A program made the position numbers and the translations under genes. A stretch of DNA of 64,000 nt, from the IMG/VR virus record IMGVR_UViG_3300025357_000008, positions 1 through 64,000 of that record. One strand, 5' to 3'. The notes beneath the pieces were generated by a model. That model was given only the letters and a program-made list of their open reading frames with translations. It made no database searches and had not been told where the DNA came from. This document shows positions 19,238 to 28,503 of this stretch, one piece after another. The DNA comes from a virus. Lineage: Duplodnaviria; Caudoviricetes. Positions within the stretch are counted from its first letter, which is position 1. Every line of letters starts with the position of its first letter.

Positions 19238-19761
19238 TGGATTGGACAAGATTCGGTGAATTAGTACAAAAACATTTTGAGAGTTCTGATGCCTCATATA
19301 TCCATCCGGATGATTTAGAGATAGGTGAAAATCTATCTGATTATCCTGAAGTAAAACTTACCTTTGAAGGGTTCGGAGATTTAGAATTCGAAGATGGTAG
19401 TAACTATAGGTATGAAGAAGGCGGCAATAAAGACATGAGGTCTTTCTGCTTATTCATACATAAGAATTCTGGTAAAGAAGGGTTTGAATTTCCTGAACAT
19501 GATGTTGCCTCATTCACATTCGGTAATATGATTTATCACCGCCCTAAAGAAGAACTGCATGTCTACGGTTGGTATGATGTTCCTAAGGACGAGTGGTATG
19601 TTGTTACCGAAGGAGTAGACCCAGGAAAAGGTGAAATGACTGCCAAGCAGGCGCTAAAAATCTTAGAAGTGTTGGATAAGCGTTACTGGCTTGAAACTGA
19701 TGAACCTTTATCAGAACAGGAACAAACACGCTGGCCATTTCCTACTGAAACTCCGCCTTAA
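19237..19761 (+). CDS. Acidic hypothetical protein
   Basis: Coupled ORF with GGAG RBS. Confidence 0.5.
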   Translation: MDWTRFGELVQKHFESSDASYIHPDDLEIGENLSDYPEVKLTFEGFGDLEFEDGSNYRYEEGGNKDMRSFCLFIHKNSGKEGFEFPEHDVASFTFGNMIYHRPKEELHVYGWYDVPKDEWYVVTEGVDPGKGEMTAKQALKILEVLDKRYWLETDEPLSEQEQTRWPFPTETPP

Positions 19762-19913
19762 GCAAATGTACGAAACAATTGTCTTTGTTGGAATTCTCTT
19801 GTGAGTCTTTCAACATCGGCAGTTGTAGATGGCTTCTTAGATTCGATATACAGTTCTAGTTCAGATTGTTTCATGCGTTGACCCAAGAATTTAAAAAATT
19901 TAATGATACCCAT
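19758..19913 (-). CDS. Small antisense-oriented protein (51 aa)
   Basis: Hand-translated MGIIKFFKFLGQRMKQSELELYIESKKPSTTADVERLTREFQQRQLFRTFA; AGGGG RBS; fills an otherwise empty gap. Confidence 0.55.
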   Translation of the reverse strand: MGIIKFFKFLGQRMKQSELELYIESKKPSTTADVERLTREFQQRQLFRTFA

Positions 19914-20105
19914 TGTTTCCCCTATTAGTGTTTATACTAATATATATACAAGTTTTATATTTCAAAACGATGACAGACGAACAAATTTTAGAGTTTTATA
20001 ACAAATTGGTAGAATTCAATGGTGGTACAGTTCCTCATCCAGAACACCACCCTTTACAGTTTGCCTACATAGTTAAAATGTACAGATATTACAAGGAGAA
20101 TAATA

Positions 20106-20300
20106 ATGGGTGACGGTGGTAAAGGGTCTTCACCAAGACCTTATAGTGTTGACAAAGAAACTTTTTCTAATAACTGGGATGCTATTTTCGGTAAGAAAGA
20201 AAAAAAGGTTGACACGGAAGTAGAAAACGTGTATAATGATGAAAGATTAGTTTCAATTTTCGATAAACAAGAACTAGCAAATAATTATATTAAGGAGTGA
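20106..20300 (+). CDS. Conserved small phage protein (GGKGSxPRP...NWDxIF)
   Basis: Recognisable motif, AGGAG RBS. Confidence 0.6.
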   Translation: MGDGGKGSSPRPYSVDKETFSNNWDAIFGKKEKKVDTEVENVYNDERLVSIFDKQELANNYIKE

Positions 20301-20486
20301 TTATGGACTTAGAGTATTATGGATTGTTTTTAGTAGGTGCCATTTTGGTGTCTTTGGGTATTGTCGTTATAGCATTAGCGGCACTTTTGATTAATCATCT
20401 GTATACCAAATACTGGAAATCGGTACAGTTGTTTAGACTTTACAATTTTGAAGAAGAAAAAATGCCAACTGAAGTGGTAGCTAATA

Positions 20487-21224
20487 ATGACATCAAAACT
20501 ACTAAAACAGTTTAAAGAGGCTCAGCCTTTTAGTCATCTGATTATGGATGACTTCTTTGGTGAGGATACTGCCAAGAAGATAGCGAATCAGTTTCCTGCA
20601 TACGACTCTGATGCATGGACTGCCCACTATCTAAATGCGATAGAAGACAAGAAGACTTCTAATCATTGGGACAAGTTTCCGGCATCTATCTACACGGCAC
20701 TCAGTTATCTCTGTTCACCATGGTGGGTAGACAAACTTACCGAAATCACAGGATTACAGGAAATCTATCCTGACTATGGTCTTCATGGCGGCGGTATGCA
20801 CTCACATAGACCTGGTGGTTATCTGAACATTCACAAAGACTATTCTATTCATCCTAAACTGAAACTAGAAAGAAAGTTCAATATCATTATCTACGTGACA
20901 CCGAACTGGCAACCTATTTGGGGTGGCGGTCTAGAATTATGGAGTCACAACGAAGAAACCGGTAAGCCTAAAGAACTGGTAACTAAAGTTGAGAACAAAT
21001 TCAATCGTGCGGTTTTGTTTGACACAACTATGAATTCATGGCATGGTCTTCCTGAACCGATTGCTTGTCCTGGTAACTTCAATAGAAACTCTCTTGCGAT
21101 GTATTATCTGACCAGACCGTCACCTGATGCAGACCCAAGAAATCGTGCTTTGTTTGTAGCAGATAAAGACCAAGAGAATGATCCTGAAGTCGAGGCTTTA
21201 ATTAAAAAACGGAGTGGTATGTAA
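20487..21224 (+). CDS. 2OG-Fe(II) oxygenase
   Basis: LHGGGMH, HKD, WGGGLELW, FNRAVLF, SWHG, RNSLA. Confidence 0.88.
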   Translation: MTSKLLKQFKEAQPFSHLIMDDFFGEDTAKKIANQFPAYDSDAWTAHYLNAIEDKKTSNHWDKFPASIYTALSYLCSPWWVDKLTEITGLQEIYPDYGLHGGGMHSHRPGGYLNIHKDYSIHPKLKLERKFNIIIYVTPNWQPIWGGGLELWSHNEETGKPKELVTKVENKFNRAVLFDTTMNSWHGLPEPIACPGNFNRNSLAMYYLTRPSPDADPRNRALFVADKDQENDPEVEALIKKRSGM

Positions 21225-22263
21225 TGCAAAAATTATTATGGGTGATTGCTGGTAATTTGTATGAATACAATAATTATATTGCCGAAAAGGACCGCAAAGG
21301 TGAAGATATACGAAATTTGGTCTACTTAATTGATGCAAACAAATTACATGGTTATAGTGAAGTTCATGGCATCTTCATCGGTACTTGGCGAAACCGTACA
21401 GATATCAATGAAATCATTTATAAAATAGGCACAATCAACGGTAAAAGACCGGTCGATTTTGTACTTGGTGCCGATTCAAAAATTGGGACAACAATCGGAA
21501 CAACACTCCCAGTATCTAATGGTGGGACTGCTATTAATAAGGTAGGCGAATTAGAAAAGAAAATCAAAGAACTCAGTCAAATCATAGAAGACAAAGTAGG
21601 AACTTCTGTGTGGGTAGAATCAAATGACGTGTAAAACACACCCTGATGCACCACATGGATTTGTCCGTGATGCAAGTCATACGGAAGACAGATATGTTTG
21701 TGAATGTGAGTTTTGGGAGGAACCGGAGGTGATTGAAAAAATTAAAGCAGGGGCCAATATTCATGCAGGTGACGGTGGTTATAGTATTGGTACTAAAGAA
21801 GCATATGAAGCCTTTGTAAAGATTCGCAATAAGTCATTAGAAGAAACCAGAGATAAAGAATGAAAGAGACCGACATAGAAAGACTTATCGAAAGAACTAC
21901 AAAATCTCTGTGTGGTTGTTATTACTGCACAAAGGAACGTGATGTATTTGAAACATTCTCAAGAATGATTGTGTGTCCAGTTTGTGGTAACAAAAGGTGT
22001 CCCAAAGCAACTGACCACAACTATGAGTGTACAGGCAGTAATGAACCAGGTCAAAAAGGGAGTCGATATTTAATATGAGTGAACTAGACATAGATGCCAT
22101 CAAAGAATACGGAGCCCCGTTGACCGGTAAATATAAACATTTCTGTAGGGACTTCGATGGTCTTCCGATAGACGAAACAAAGTATCAGTTTCAATACTGT
22201 CTTTGCTTTGAGGATTCGGTAGAAGTCAAACGTCTCAAAGAAGCCTTTGAGGAATCTCAATGA
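21224..22263 (+). other. Run of four small hypothetical genes, several Cys-rich (21224, 21624, 21860, 22075)
   Basis: Overlapping start/stop junctions; CPVCGNKRCP in 21860..22078. Confidence 0.5.
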
Positions 22264-22990
22264 ACGAACTAATTCAAAGTCTTTTACACAAAGCACAGAT
22301 TGCTCATAATCCGCCAGGAACATATCTGAGATATGACAACATTTCACCAGAACAGCTTCATAAGTTGGCCGAGTTGATTGTGAGAGAATGTTTAGAGGCT
22401 TGTAGCAGAGCAAATGAGATTAGACATTTTGTACCGCCAACACAAGAACAAGTGGTATTGAGTTGTATGCGTGAGATTGAAACAACATTTCGGAGTTGAA
22501 GAATGAACGAACGAATTAGAGAAATTTCTCAAGAAGCTAAACAATATGCTCTCGATAGTATGATTAAAATCTCAGACAAAGAAGAAGCATTAAAAGTCTA
22601 TGCGGAATCATACGACATAAAGTTTGCCGAATTGCTGATTAGAGAAGCGGCAAGAATAGCTGATATGGTCAGCGAGAATAAAGTCGAATGGGTCGGTGGA
22701 AACATCTTAAACTACTTCGGAGTCCAGGAATGAACAAACGAATAGGACAACTTGCCGAACAGGCTGGACTTCTAGGTCCTACTAGCCGAGTAGGAAACTC
22801 ACACGAAGCCACAGAGAGGTTTGCCAAACTGGTTAAAGATGACTATAGTAAAAGACACGCTCGACTATGGTTAAAGAGAATTGATGATGCCGTCAAAGCC
22901 GAACGAGAAGAAATTGAAAAGCGAGTCATGGAGTTGGATGAAACCTTAGCAACACGAGTCAATGTGATTAATAAAGCGATTCGAAGATGA
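22260..22990 (+). repeat. Tandem array of three 'MNERI...KFAELIIRE...HFGVEE' paralogs (22260..22499, 22503..22733, 22730..22990)
   Basis: Shared N-terminal, central and C-terminal motifs; junction sequence TTCGGAGTnnAnGAATGAAC repeated. Confidence 0.75.
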
Positions 22991-23585
22991 TAAAGATACC
23001 GTATGAGGACATGAAGTTCTATTATACTAAGAGTTTCTACGATTACAATATCGAAGGCACCTGTCTGTACAATGGTAAAATTGCTCTGTACCATTCTGTA
23101 GACGAGACAGACTATCAGGCTATGACTGATGCTTGTCATTATTGCTCAGACCGGACCTCAGATCCTTACCAGTGTACCTGTGAAAACGCACCGAATGTCT
23201 TCTGCTATATCACGGAGTTGCCTCTGAGTAAACGAATCTATCATAGACTGTATGCCTATCTGATATTCTTTTGGTTCCTCAAGAATTTCGGTAGAAATGG
23301 ATATACTTATTGGAGAAGATGGACGAGATGACTGAATTTATATACGGGGTTATTATAGGAGTATTCTGCCACCTTCTGTGGTTCTTTATGATTAAGCCTA
23401 TACTAAAGAACGCTTGGAAAAATTCGAAAATTCCTCTGGAGCCACCTGAAAAAAATTTTAGGAACCCAAAATCGGTAAAAATCGAAATGGCTCTAGGATC
23501 CACAGAAAATAAAAAATTGAAAAAAAGAGTTTGACCATGGTACAACTTTTTTTTATTTTATCGGCCCCCTAAGGCCCCCAAAGGA

Positions 23586-23716
23586 AAACAAAAGTACTCC
23601 CAGGGTCTCCCAACCGCAAACCAAAGTATTACCCTCTGAGGACCTCTGATATCCTCTGAGAAACCAAAGTACTACAAACGACCCGGCGCCTCGGCCGTTC
23701 CGCAAACAAAAGTACT
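23586..23716 (+). repeat. Four direct 13-mer repeats AAAC(A/C)AAAGTA(C/T)T
   Basis: Starts at 23586, 23618, 23661, 23704 (spacings 32, 43, 43 bp). Confidence 0.8.
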
Positions 23717-23761
23717 ACACTCCAATCCATTTTGAGAACCTGGGTTCTCAACCGGTATCCT

Positions 23762-23827
23762 AATACCACTCCGGAACCTGGGGGCATTTTCGGTATCCTT
23801 GACAACCTTGCCATTCCGGTGTATAAT
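23762..23827 (+). promoter_or_regulatory. Island promoter P1 (sigma70) with degenerate AATACC...GGGG operator
   Basis: TTGACA 23799-23804, 17 bp spacer, TATAAT 23822-23827. Confidence 0.75.
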
Positions 23828-23857
23828 GGCTCCTTTATAACCAATGAGGTAAATTTT

Positions 23858-24115
23858 ATGCCAAAATCTAAAAGCGAGGTGGTTCCTAGCCTGGTATTGT
23901 CCGAGGCTCTAATGAACCACATTAATACCAGCCAAAGGCTCAAAGGTTCTCCACAGGACTCTGCCGACCGGTATACAATAGGCTACCTGGTCTCCATGAT
24001 AGCCGATTTTATCGAAGCCGAACCAGCGATTGCCGATATGGTTGAAAATAGAATTAAGGTTATTCAATTGAGAATATTAGAGGATAATTTTAAGGGGTTC
24101 CACAATGTACAGTAA
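23858..24115 (+). CDS. Early hypothetical protein
   Basis: GAGGT RBS after P1; the track ORF start at 23732 runs through the promoter. Confidence 0.6.
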   Translation: MPKSKSEVVPSLVLSEALMNHINTSQRLKGSPQDSADRYTIGYLVSMIADFIEAEPAIADMVENRIKVIQLRILEDNFKGFHNVQ

Positions 24116-24221
24116 AACCGAAGAGACAATCTTAAAGGTCCTTTTTATAGTAGGCTACTCAATAGCCATTGGCGTGATTCTATTAGAGACAATGGGATGG
24201 CTAGGGGGTCCTGTGAGATAA
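24105..24221 (+). CDS. 38-aa membrane peptide
   Basis: Hand-translated MYSKTEETILKVLFIVGYSIAIGVILLETMGWLGGPVR; AAGGGG RBS. Confidence 0.45.
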   Translation: MYSKTEETILKVLFIVGYSIAIGVILLETMGWLGGPVR

Positions 24222-24248
24222 TGAGAGTATATTAGAGACCCTCTAAGA

Positions 24249-24433
24249 ACCGAAAACCTTGGAAAACCTCCAAGGTTTTTTTTGGTTCCGAATGGAAAAT
24301 CGGCAACAACGGCCGAAAGTGGTACCGGCAACTATACCAGCGACCACTAGCCCGCTTTTCGGTATCTTGCCGGTTTATCTGTGGATATCCTGTGGACAAT
24401 AAAAAAGCCCCTATACTTTGGGGCTATTCTTTT
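24249..24433. terminator. Terminators between the convergent transcription units
   Basis: aaccttgg-aaaacct-ccaaggtt + T run (~24255-24283); aaaaaagcccc-tatacttt-ggggct (24401-24425). Confidence 0.6.
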
Positions 24434-24454
24434 AGGTTATTCGGTAACCTTTAT

Positions 24455-25237
24455 TTACTCTTCAATTATGCCTACTTGAGTCATTTTAGATAATATACCT
24501 TCCATGCTGTAATTTTCGAAGCCTTGGAAACCGGTGCGGAAGATATCGGCAAGGATTTTCCTTTGTTCGGTAGGCTCTTGGTCCATAAACCATTCTACCT
24601 CATAATCGGTTATTTTGGTAATAATAGTATTCATTTAATCTCCTCAATTGCCAGTACTATACGGCTTATTTTAAAAATCCAATTGGCATATTCGGATGCC
24701 TCTTGAAGGGTGCGGAAGGTTTTGGTATCTACTCGGTACATTATGGGGTTCCTAGGTTATAATACAATTCATTAAAAGGGTGAACGGTAACCATGGCATA
24801 GAATACTTGGCCTAAGGCACCGGAATTAATCTTAGACTGGCACATGGCGGCCTTATTTTTGGTACCGAAAACACCAACGACCTTAAATGGTTTGTCCTGG
24901 GTCAATTTTACATGGACAATGTATATGGATTTTTTATTCATTAAACGGCTCTAATAATACGTTGGAGGGAATGTACGGAATTATCTGCCATTTTGGCAAG
25001 GCTCTGAAGCCCTACGGTTGACATGAAAACCCCAAGGAGAAAACCTACTAAAATTTTAATCATATATTAATCCTTTTTATCAAATTCGGTTACATTGGAA
25101 AACAGGAGGTTTTCCTCATACTGGCATAATTCTTGGATCTCGGCATCGGTCATGGTTTCTAATGATTCGGTAGAATACATGCACATTCTAAGGAAAACCT
25201 CGGCATTGTGTCTCATGGTGGATTTTTCGGTATTCAT
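24455..25237 (-). other. Five coupled small early genes (25067..25237, 24941..25063, 24741..24941, 24631..24741, 24455..24634)
   Basis: Hand-translated; TAATG/ATGA overlaps; downstream of promoter P2. Confidence 0.6.
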
Positions 25238-25273
25238 ATATTTTTTAATCTCTTATTGTCTTAATATGGATCT

Positions 25274-25331
25274 ATTATAACCGAATTCGGTAGAATTGTC
25301 AAGTATTACCCCTCTGGAGTGTAGGGGTATT
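25274..25331 (-). promoter_or_regulatory. Island promoter P2 with AATACCC-N13-GGGTA operator
   Basis: Minus strand reads aatacccctacactccagaggggtaatac-TTGACA-17-TATAAT. Confidence 0.8.
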
Positions 25332-25376
25332 ATTTGAAAACTCAAGTATTCATTTTAGGAATGAATACTTTTATAT

Positions 25377-25640
25377 TCAACAATCAGGATCATAATCTGC
25401 CCATTCGGTAGCCTCTGAAGGCTCATACTCGGCAAATTCCTCATACCGTGATTCCGCATCCTGTTCCATGCGGTACTCGGATTGTGCCCTTACAAGGTTG
25501 GCAAACCTCACAAGGTCGATCCCTTCGGTATAAAAATAACCAGTGGTGGTGTCATAGGTCGCACCTGAACGGATGGCAAATTCCATTAGGTCTTGGTTTT
25601 CTGGATCGGTAATGAATTCCATGGTTTCTCCTTTATTCAT
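25377..25640 (-). CDS. Acidic early protein
   Basis: ORF track; ends EPSEATEWADYDPDC; likely start at 25622 after AAGGAG. Confidence 0.6.
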   Translation of the reverse strand: MNKGETMEFITDPENQDLMEFAIRSGATYDTTTGYFYTEGIDLVRFANLVRAQSEYRMEQDAESRYEEFAEYEPSEATEWADYDPDC

Positions 25641-25977
25641 TAATATGGGAATAATCGTCTAATTCAATTTCCAGGTTTTCCTCATACCGTGATTCCGCAT
25701 CCTGTTCCATGCGGTCTCGGTATTGGGCTCTTTCCATATTCTCAAAATAAGAATCGGAATCCGCTTGGTCGGTAGGATCAATTTCCAGGTTTTCCTCAAA
25801 TAGTTCGGATATATCTCGGTCCTTTAATTCTTGGATCAATTGGTCGTCCGTCATATTGAAATAACCAACAAACCCAAATTCCAGATAGGAATCCAATAGT
25901 TCGGCACCTGAGCCGTGCATAATGTATTCAAAATCGGCGGCGCATAATTCTTGGATGGCTTTTTCTCGGTTGTACAT
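25633..25977 (-). CDS. Very acidic early protein (candidate DNA mimic)
   Basis: 33 D/E versus about 8 K/R in 114 aa. Confidence 0.55.
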   Translation of the reverse strand: MYNREKAIQELCAADFEYIMHGSGAELLDSYLEFGFVGYFNMTDDQLIQELKDRDISELFEENLEIDPTDQADSDSYFENMERAQYRDRMEQDAESRYEENLEIELDDYSHINE

Positions 25978-25996
25978 TTAATTTCCTTTTTTTAAA

Positions 25997-26377
25997 TTAT
26001 ATGGGGCAGACTGAAAATTGGAGAGTATTTTTAGTGGATTCGGAAAGGGCTGATACATTCCATACCTCGGTTTCGGTTGTGAAAAGGTAGGCGTATTCAC
26101 AACCGCACTGGTAATAATAGTCGGTAAATTCCTCTATGGAATTAAATTCTCGAAAATCATTACCGGCACCGTGGCTCTCATTGTAGAATTTACATTCCTC
26201 AAGGGTAGGGGCAATGACGGACAGGTCGCCTCTGGCAATAAGGGCAATGGCATGGGACAAGGAATTGTGGTACTCGGTAAGGTGCCTACCCATATGGGCA
26301 GGATAACCGTCCCAATGAGCATATATTGCCACAATTTTATTACCACATTTTACACCTATACAGGATCTGGTTGCCAT
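25997..26377 (-). CDS. Conserved phage protein (MATRS...YxHWDGYP family)
   Basis: IYAHWDGYP, GDLS, EYAYLF motifs; own promoter P3. Confidence 0.65.
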   Translation of the reverse strand: MATRSCIGVKCGNKIVAIYAHWDGYPAHMGRHLTEYHNSLSHAIALIARGDLSVIAPTLEECKFYNESHGAGNDFREFNSIEEFTDYYYQCGCEYAYLFTTETEVWNVSALSESTKNTLQFSVCPI

Positions 26378-26403
26378 ATTCTTTTCCTCTCAAATAAAAT
26401 TAA

Positions 26404-26461
26404 ATTATAACCTAAAACGGTAAAATTGTCAAGGAATACCCCTACACTTGGCAAGGGTATT
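26404..26461 (-). promoter_or_regulatory. Island promoter P3 with operator
   Basis: aatacccttgccaagtgtaggggtattcc-TTGACA-17-TATAAT. Confidence 0.85.
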
Positions 26462-26473
26462 AATATCACAATT

Positions 26474-26884
26474 TTAAACCATAAAAATGTAAGGCTTATC
26501 CCATGATCCGATATCTAAGTCGGTATAATAAGCGGTATCAAAATAATCAATTTGGGCATCGGAATTATCATACCAGCCGGCAGATTTTAGGGCGGCCATA
26601 ATTTTGGTAATGGTCTCTAATGCTTTGCCGGTGAAGGCATTTTGGTAGTGGTATGGGTTCACTTGGATATAACGGTCGGCTATCGTACCTCTACCGGATG
26701 AAAGGTAGGAGGTCTTGGCCGTCTCATTATAATTGGTAATAAAATCAATCGGTGCGGATTTTATTGTCATGGCAATGGTCATATGGCTACGGACTTTTAA
26801 GGAGTATTTGATGCCTAAAGGCTTGCAAATTTTCTTAAGGTTCTCATTAATGATTTTTTTACGCTCTTGGTTCATATATGCCAT
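26474..26884 (-). CDS. Conserved phage protein, possibly LPD29-like
   Basis: DNSDAQIDYFDTAYY...IGSWDKPY motif; own promoter P4. Confidence 0.5.
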   Translation of the reverse strand: MAYMNQERKKIINENLKKICKPLGIKYSLKVRSHMTIAMTIKSAPIDFITNYNETAKTSYLSSGRGTIADRYIQVNPYHYQNAFTGKALETITKIMAALKSAGWYDNSDAQIDYFDTAYYTDLDIGSWDKPYIFMV

Positions 26885-26914
26885 TTTGGTTTCCTTTCAA
26901 ATTTTGATGGATCA

Positions 26915-26972
26915 ATTATAACGGTTTTCGGTAAGATTGTCAAGGAATACCCCTACGGAATGCAAGGGTATT
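26915..26972 (-). promoter_or_regulatory. Island promoter P4 with operator
   Basis: aatacccttgcattccgtaggggtattcc-TTGACA-17-TATAAT. Confidence 0.85.
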
Positions 26973-26979
26973 AATTTGA

Positions 26980-27171
26980 CTACCCTACTAAGGACTGGAG
27001 GTACTCGGTTAGCCCCAATTCGGATTCCATGGCACTTATGAGGCTGGCACCGCTGGTGATATAATATTCTCCGGCTCTTTCCATGAGGTATTGAGCATAA
27101 CCCTCCTCAATACCGTATTCCACTTCCTCATATGCCATAATGGCACGTTTCAGGGTTTTAAATTTTAGCAT
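26980..27171 (-). CDS. Small acidic early protein
   Basis: AAGGA RBS; own promoter P5. Confidence 0.6.
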   Translation of the reverse strand: MLKFKTLKRAIMAYEEVEYGIEEGYAQYLMERAGEYYITSGASLISAMESELGLTEYLQSLVG

Positions 27172-27204
27172 TTTATTTCCTTTGTTTTCTTAAATTATGG
27201 CTCT

Positions 27205-27262
27205 ATTATAGCCTACAATTGCCGAATTGTCAACCAGTACCCCCACGGAATGGTCGGGTATT
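27205..27262 (-). promoter_or_regulatory. Island promoter P5 with operator
   Basis: aatacccgaccattccgtgggggtactgg-TTGACA-17-TATAAT. Confidence 0.8.
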
Positions 27263-27379
27263 AAAATTAATACTAAGGTTCGGCACGCCGGGGGATTTTT
27301 TAATACTTTTGTTTCTTAAATTTACCGCAAACCAAAGTACTACATTTTATGGCATTTTGAATACTCAGGTTTGCAGGAA

Positions 27380-27437
27380 AATACCCTAGTAAATTGTAGG
27401 GGTATGCCTTGACAATTCGGCAATTATGGTATACAAT
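27380..27437 (+). promoter_or_regulatory. Island promoter P6 with operator (divergent from P5)
   Basis: aataccctagtaaattgtaggggtatgcc-TTGACA-17-TACAAT. Confidence 0.8.
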
Positions 27438-27472
27438 AGAGCCTTATTAGATTAAAAGTGAAAGGAAAAACA

Positions 27473-27733
27473 ATGGCAAAATCATTAATTAAGGGAGTAA
27501 AAAACTCCCAATGGATCCGTGTTATCATGGAAGGCCAGTACCAAGTGGATGTACAGGTCGGAAAATTAGATACCATTAGACCCCTAGCCCACCGGCTAGC
27601 CGTATGGTCAGGATTAGAGGACCTTGTCCGTAAAAACCAATTGAACCCTGGCAATGGTGGCGGCCAGTCCTCATATTTTTATGATGACCAATTTAACCGC
27701 CATCCATACCAAGTCCAATTTTACATTCTATAA
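27473..27733 (+). CDS. Early hypothetical protein
   Basis: AAGGA RBS before ATG 27473. Confidence 0.6.
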   Translation: MAKSLIKGVKNSQWIRVIMEGQYQVDVQVGKLDTIRPLAHRLAVWSGLEDLVRKNQLNPGNGGGQSSYFYDDQFNRHPYQVQFYIL

Positions 27734-27745
27734 AATTGTGATATT

Positions 27746-27803
27746 AATACCCTTCCATTCCGTAGGGGTATTCCTTGACAATTTTACCAGTTTAGGATAT
27801 AAT
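27746..27803 (+). promoter_or_regulatory. Island promoter P7 with operator
   Basis: aatacccttccattccgtaggggtattcc-TTGACA-17-TATAAT. Confidence 0.85.
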
Positions 27804-27837
27804 AGAGCCATAGTTTAAGAAAATAAAGGAAATTAGA

Positions 27838-28503
27838 ATGCCAAAATTAAAACCAACCGTCCGCCTTTCCAAGGTTTCAAAATTAGACGGTAACCTATCA
27901 TGGTCCCTCCAAGCCTTAGATACCTGCCCAGGTTCTAAGGATGCCAATGGCGACCTAGTTCCTGCCTGTTCCGGTTGCTATGCTACCGACGGACTTTACC
28001 ATATGCCTACCGTTATGGAACCACGTATTTTCAACCAGCAGGACTGGAAACGTGATGGGTGGGTTGCCGATATGATCCAAGCCCTTGCCAAGTCCAAGCA
28101 TTTCCGCTGGTTTGATTCCGGGGATGCCTATGCACTAGAATTGTGCGAGAAAATTTACCAGGTTATGGCAGGTACTCCTAACACCAAGCATTGGTTACCA
28201 ACCCGCATGGGTAAATTTTTCAAATTCCAGGCTATACTTGCCAAAATGCAGGCATTGCCTAATGTAATGGTCCGATTCTCCAGTGATTCTATTATGGGTG
28301 AATTTACACCAGGTGTCCACGGTTCCACAATTGTGAACGATCCTACCGTGGTTCCAGAAGGTGCTACCCTTTGCCGTGCATATGAGAATGCCGGCAAGTG
28401 TTCCGGTTGCCGTGCGTGTTGGGATAAGGAGGTTGCCGTTATAGCCTACCCAACCCATGGCCGCAAAATGGCGAAGGTTATCCGCATTGCCCTAGCCGCT
28501 TAA
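27838..28503 (+). CDS. GP88-family Cys-rich (radical-SAM-like/Fe-S) protein
   Basis: TCPG...ACSGCYA, FRWFDSGD, HWLPTR, C...CSGCRACW. Confidence 0.75.
   Translation: MPKLKPTVRLSKVSKLDGNLSWSLQALDTCPGSKDANGDLVPACSGCYATDGLYHMPTVMEPRIFNQQDWKRDGWVADMIQALAKSKHFRWFDSGDAYALELCEKIYQVMAGTPNTKHWLPTRMGKFFKFQAILAKMQALPNVMVRFSSDSIMGEFTPGVHGSTIVNDPTVVPEGATLCRAYENAGKCSGCRACWDKEVAVIAYPTHGRKMAKVIRIALAA

Noticed and set aside
19913-19969. 5' extension of ORF 19913..20113
   Set aside because: Overlaps the RBS/promoter of the antisense gene; ATG 19970 is more plausible.
23629-23943. Track ORF 23629..23943(-) and the 5' extension of 23732..24115(+)
   Set aside because: They run across repeats and promoter P1; the RBS-supported start is 23858.
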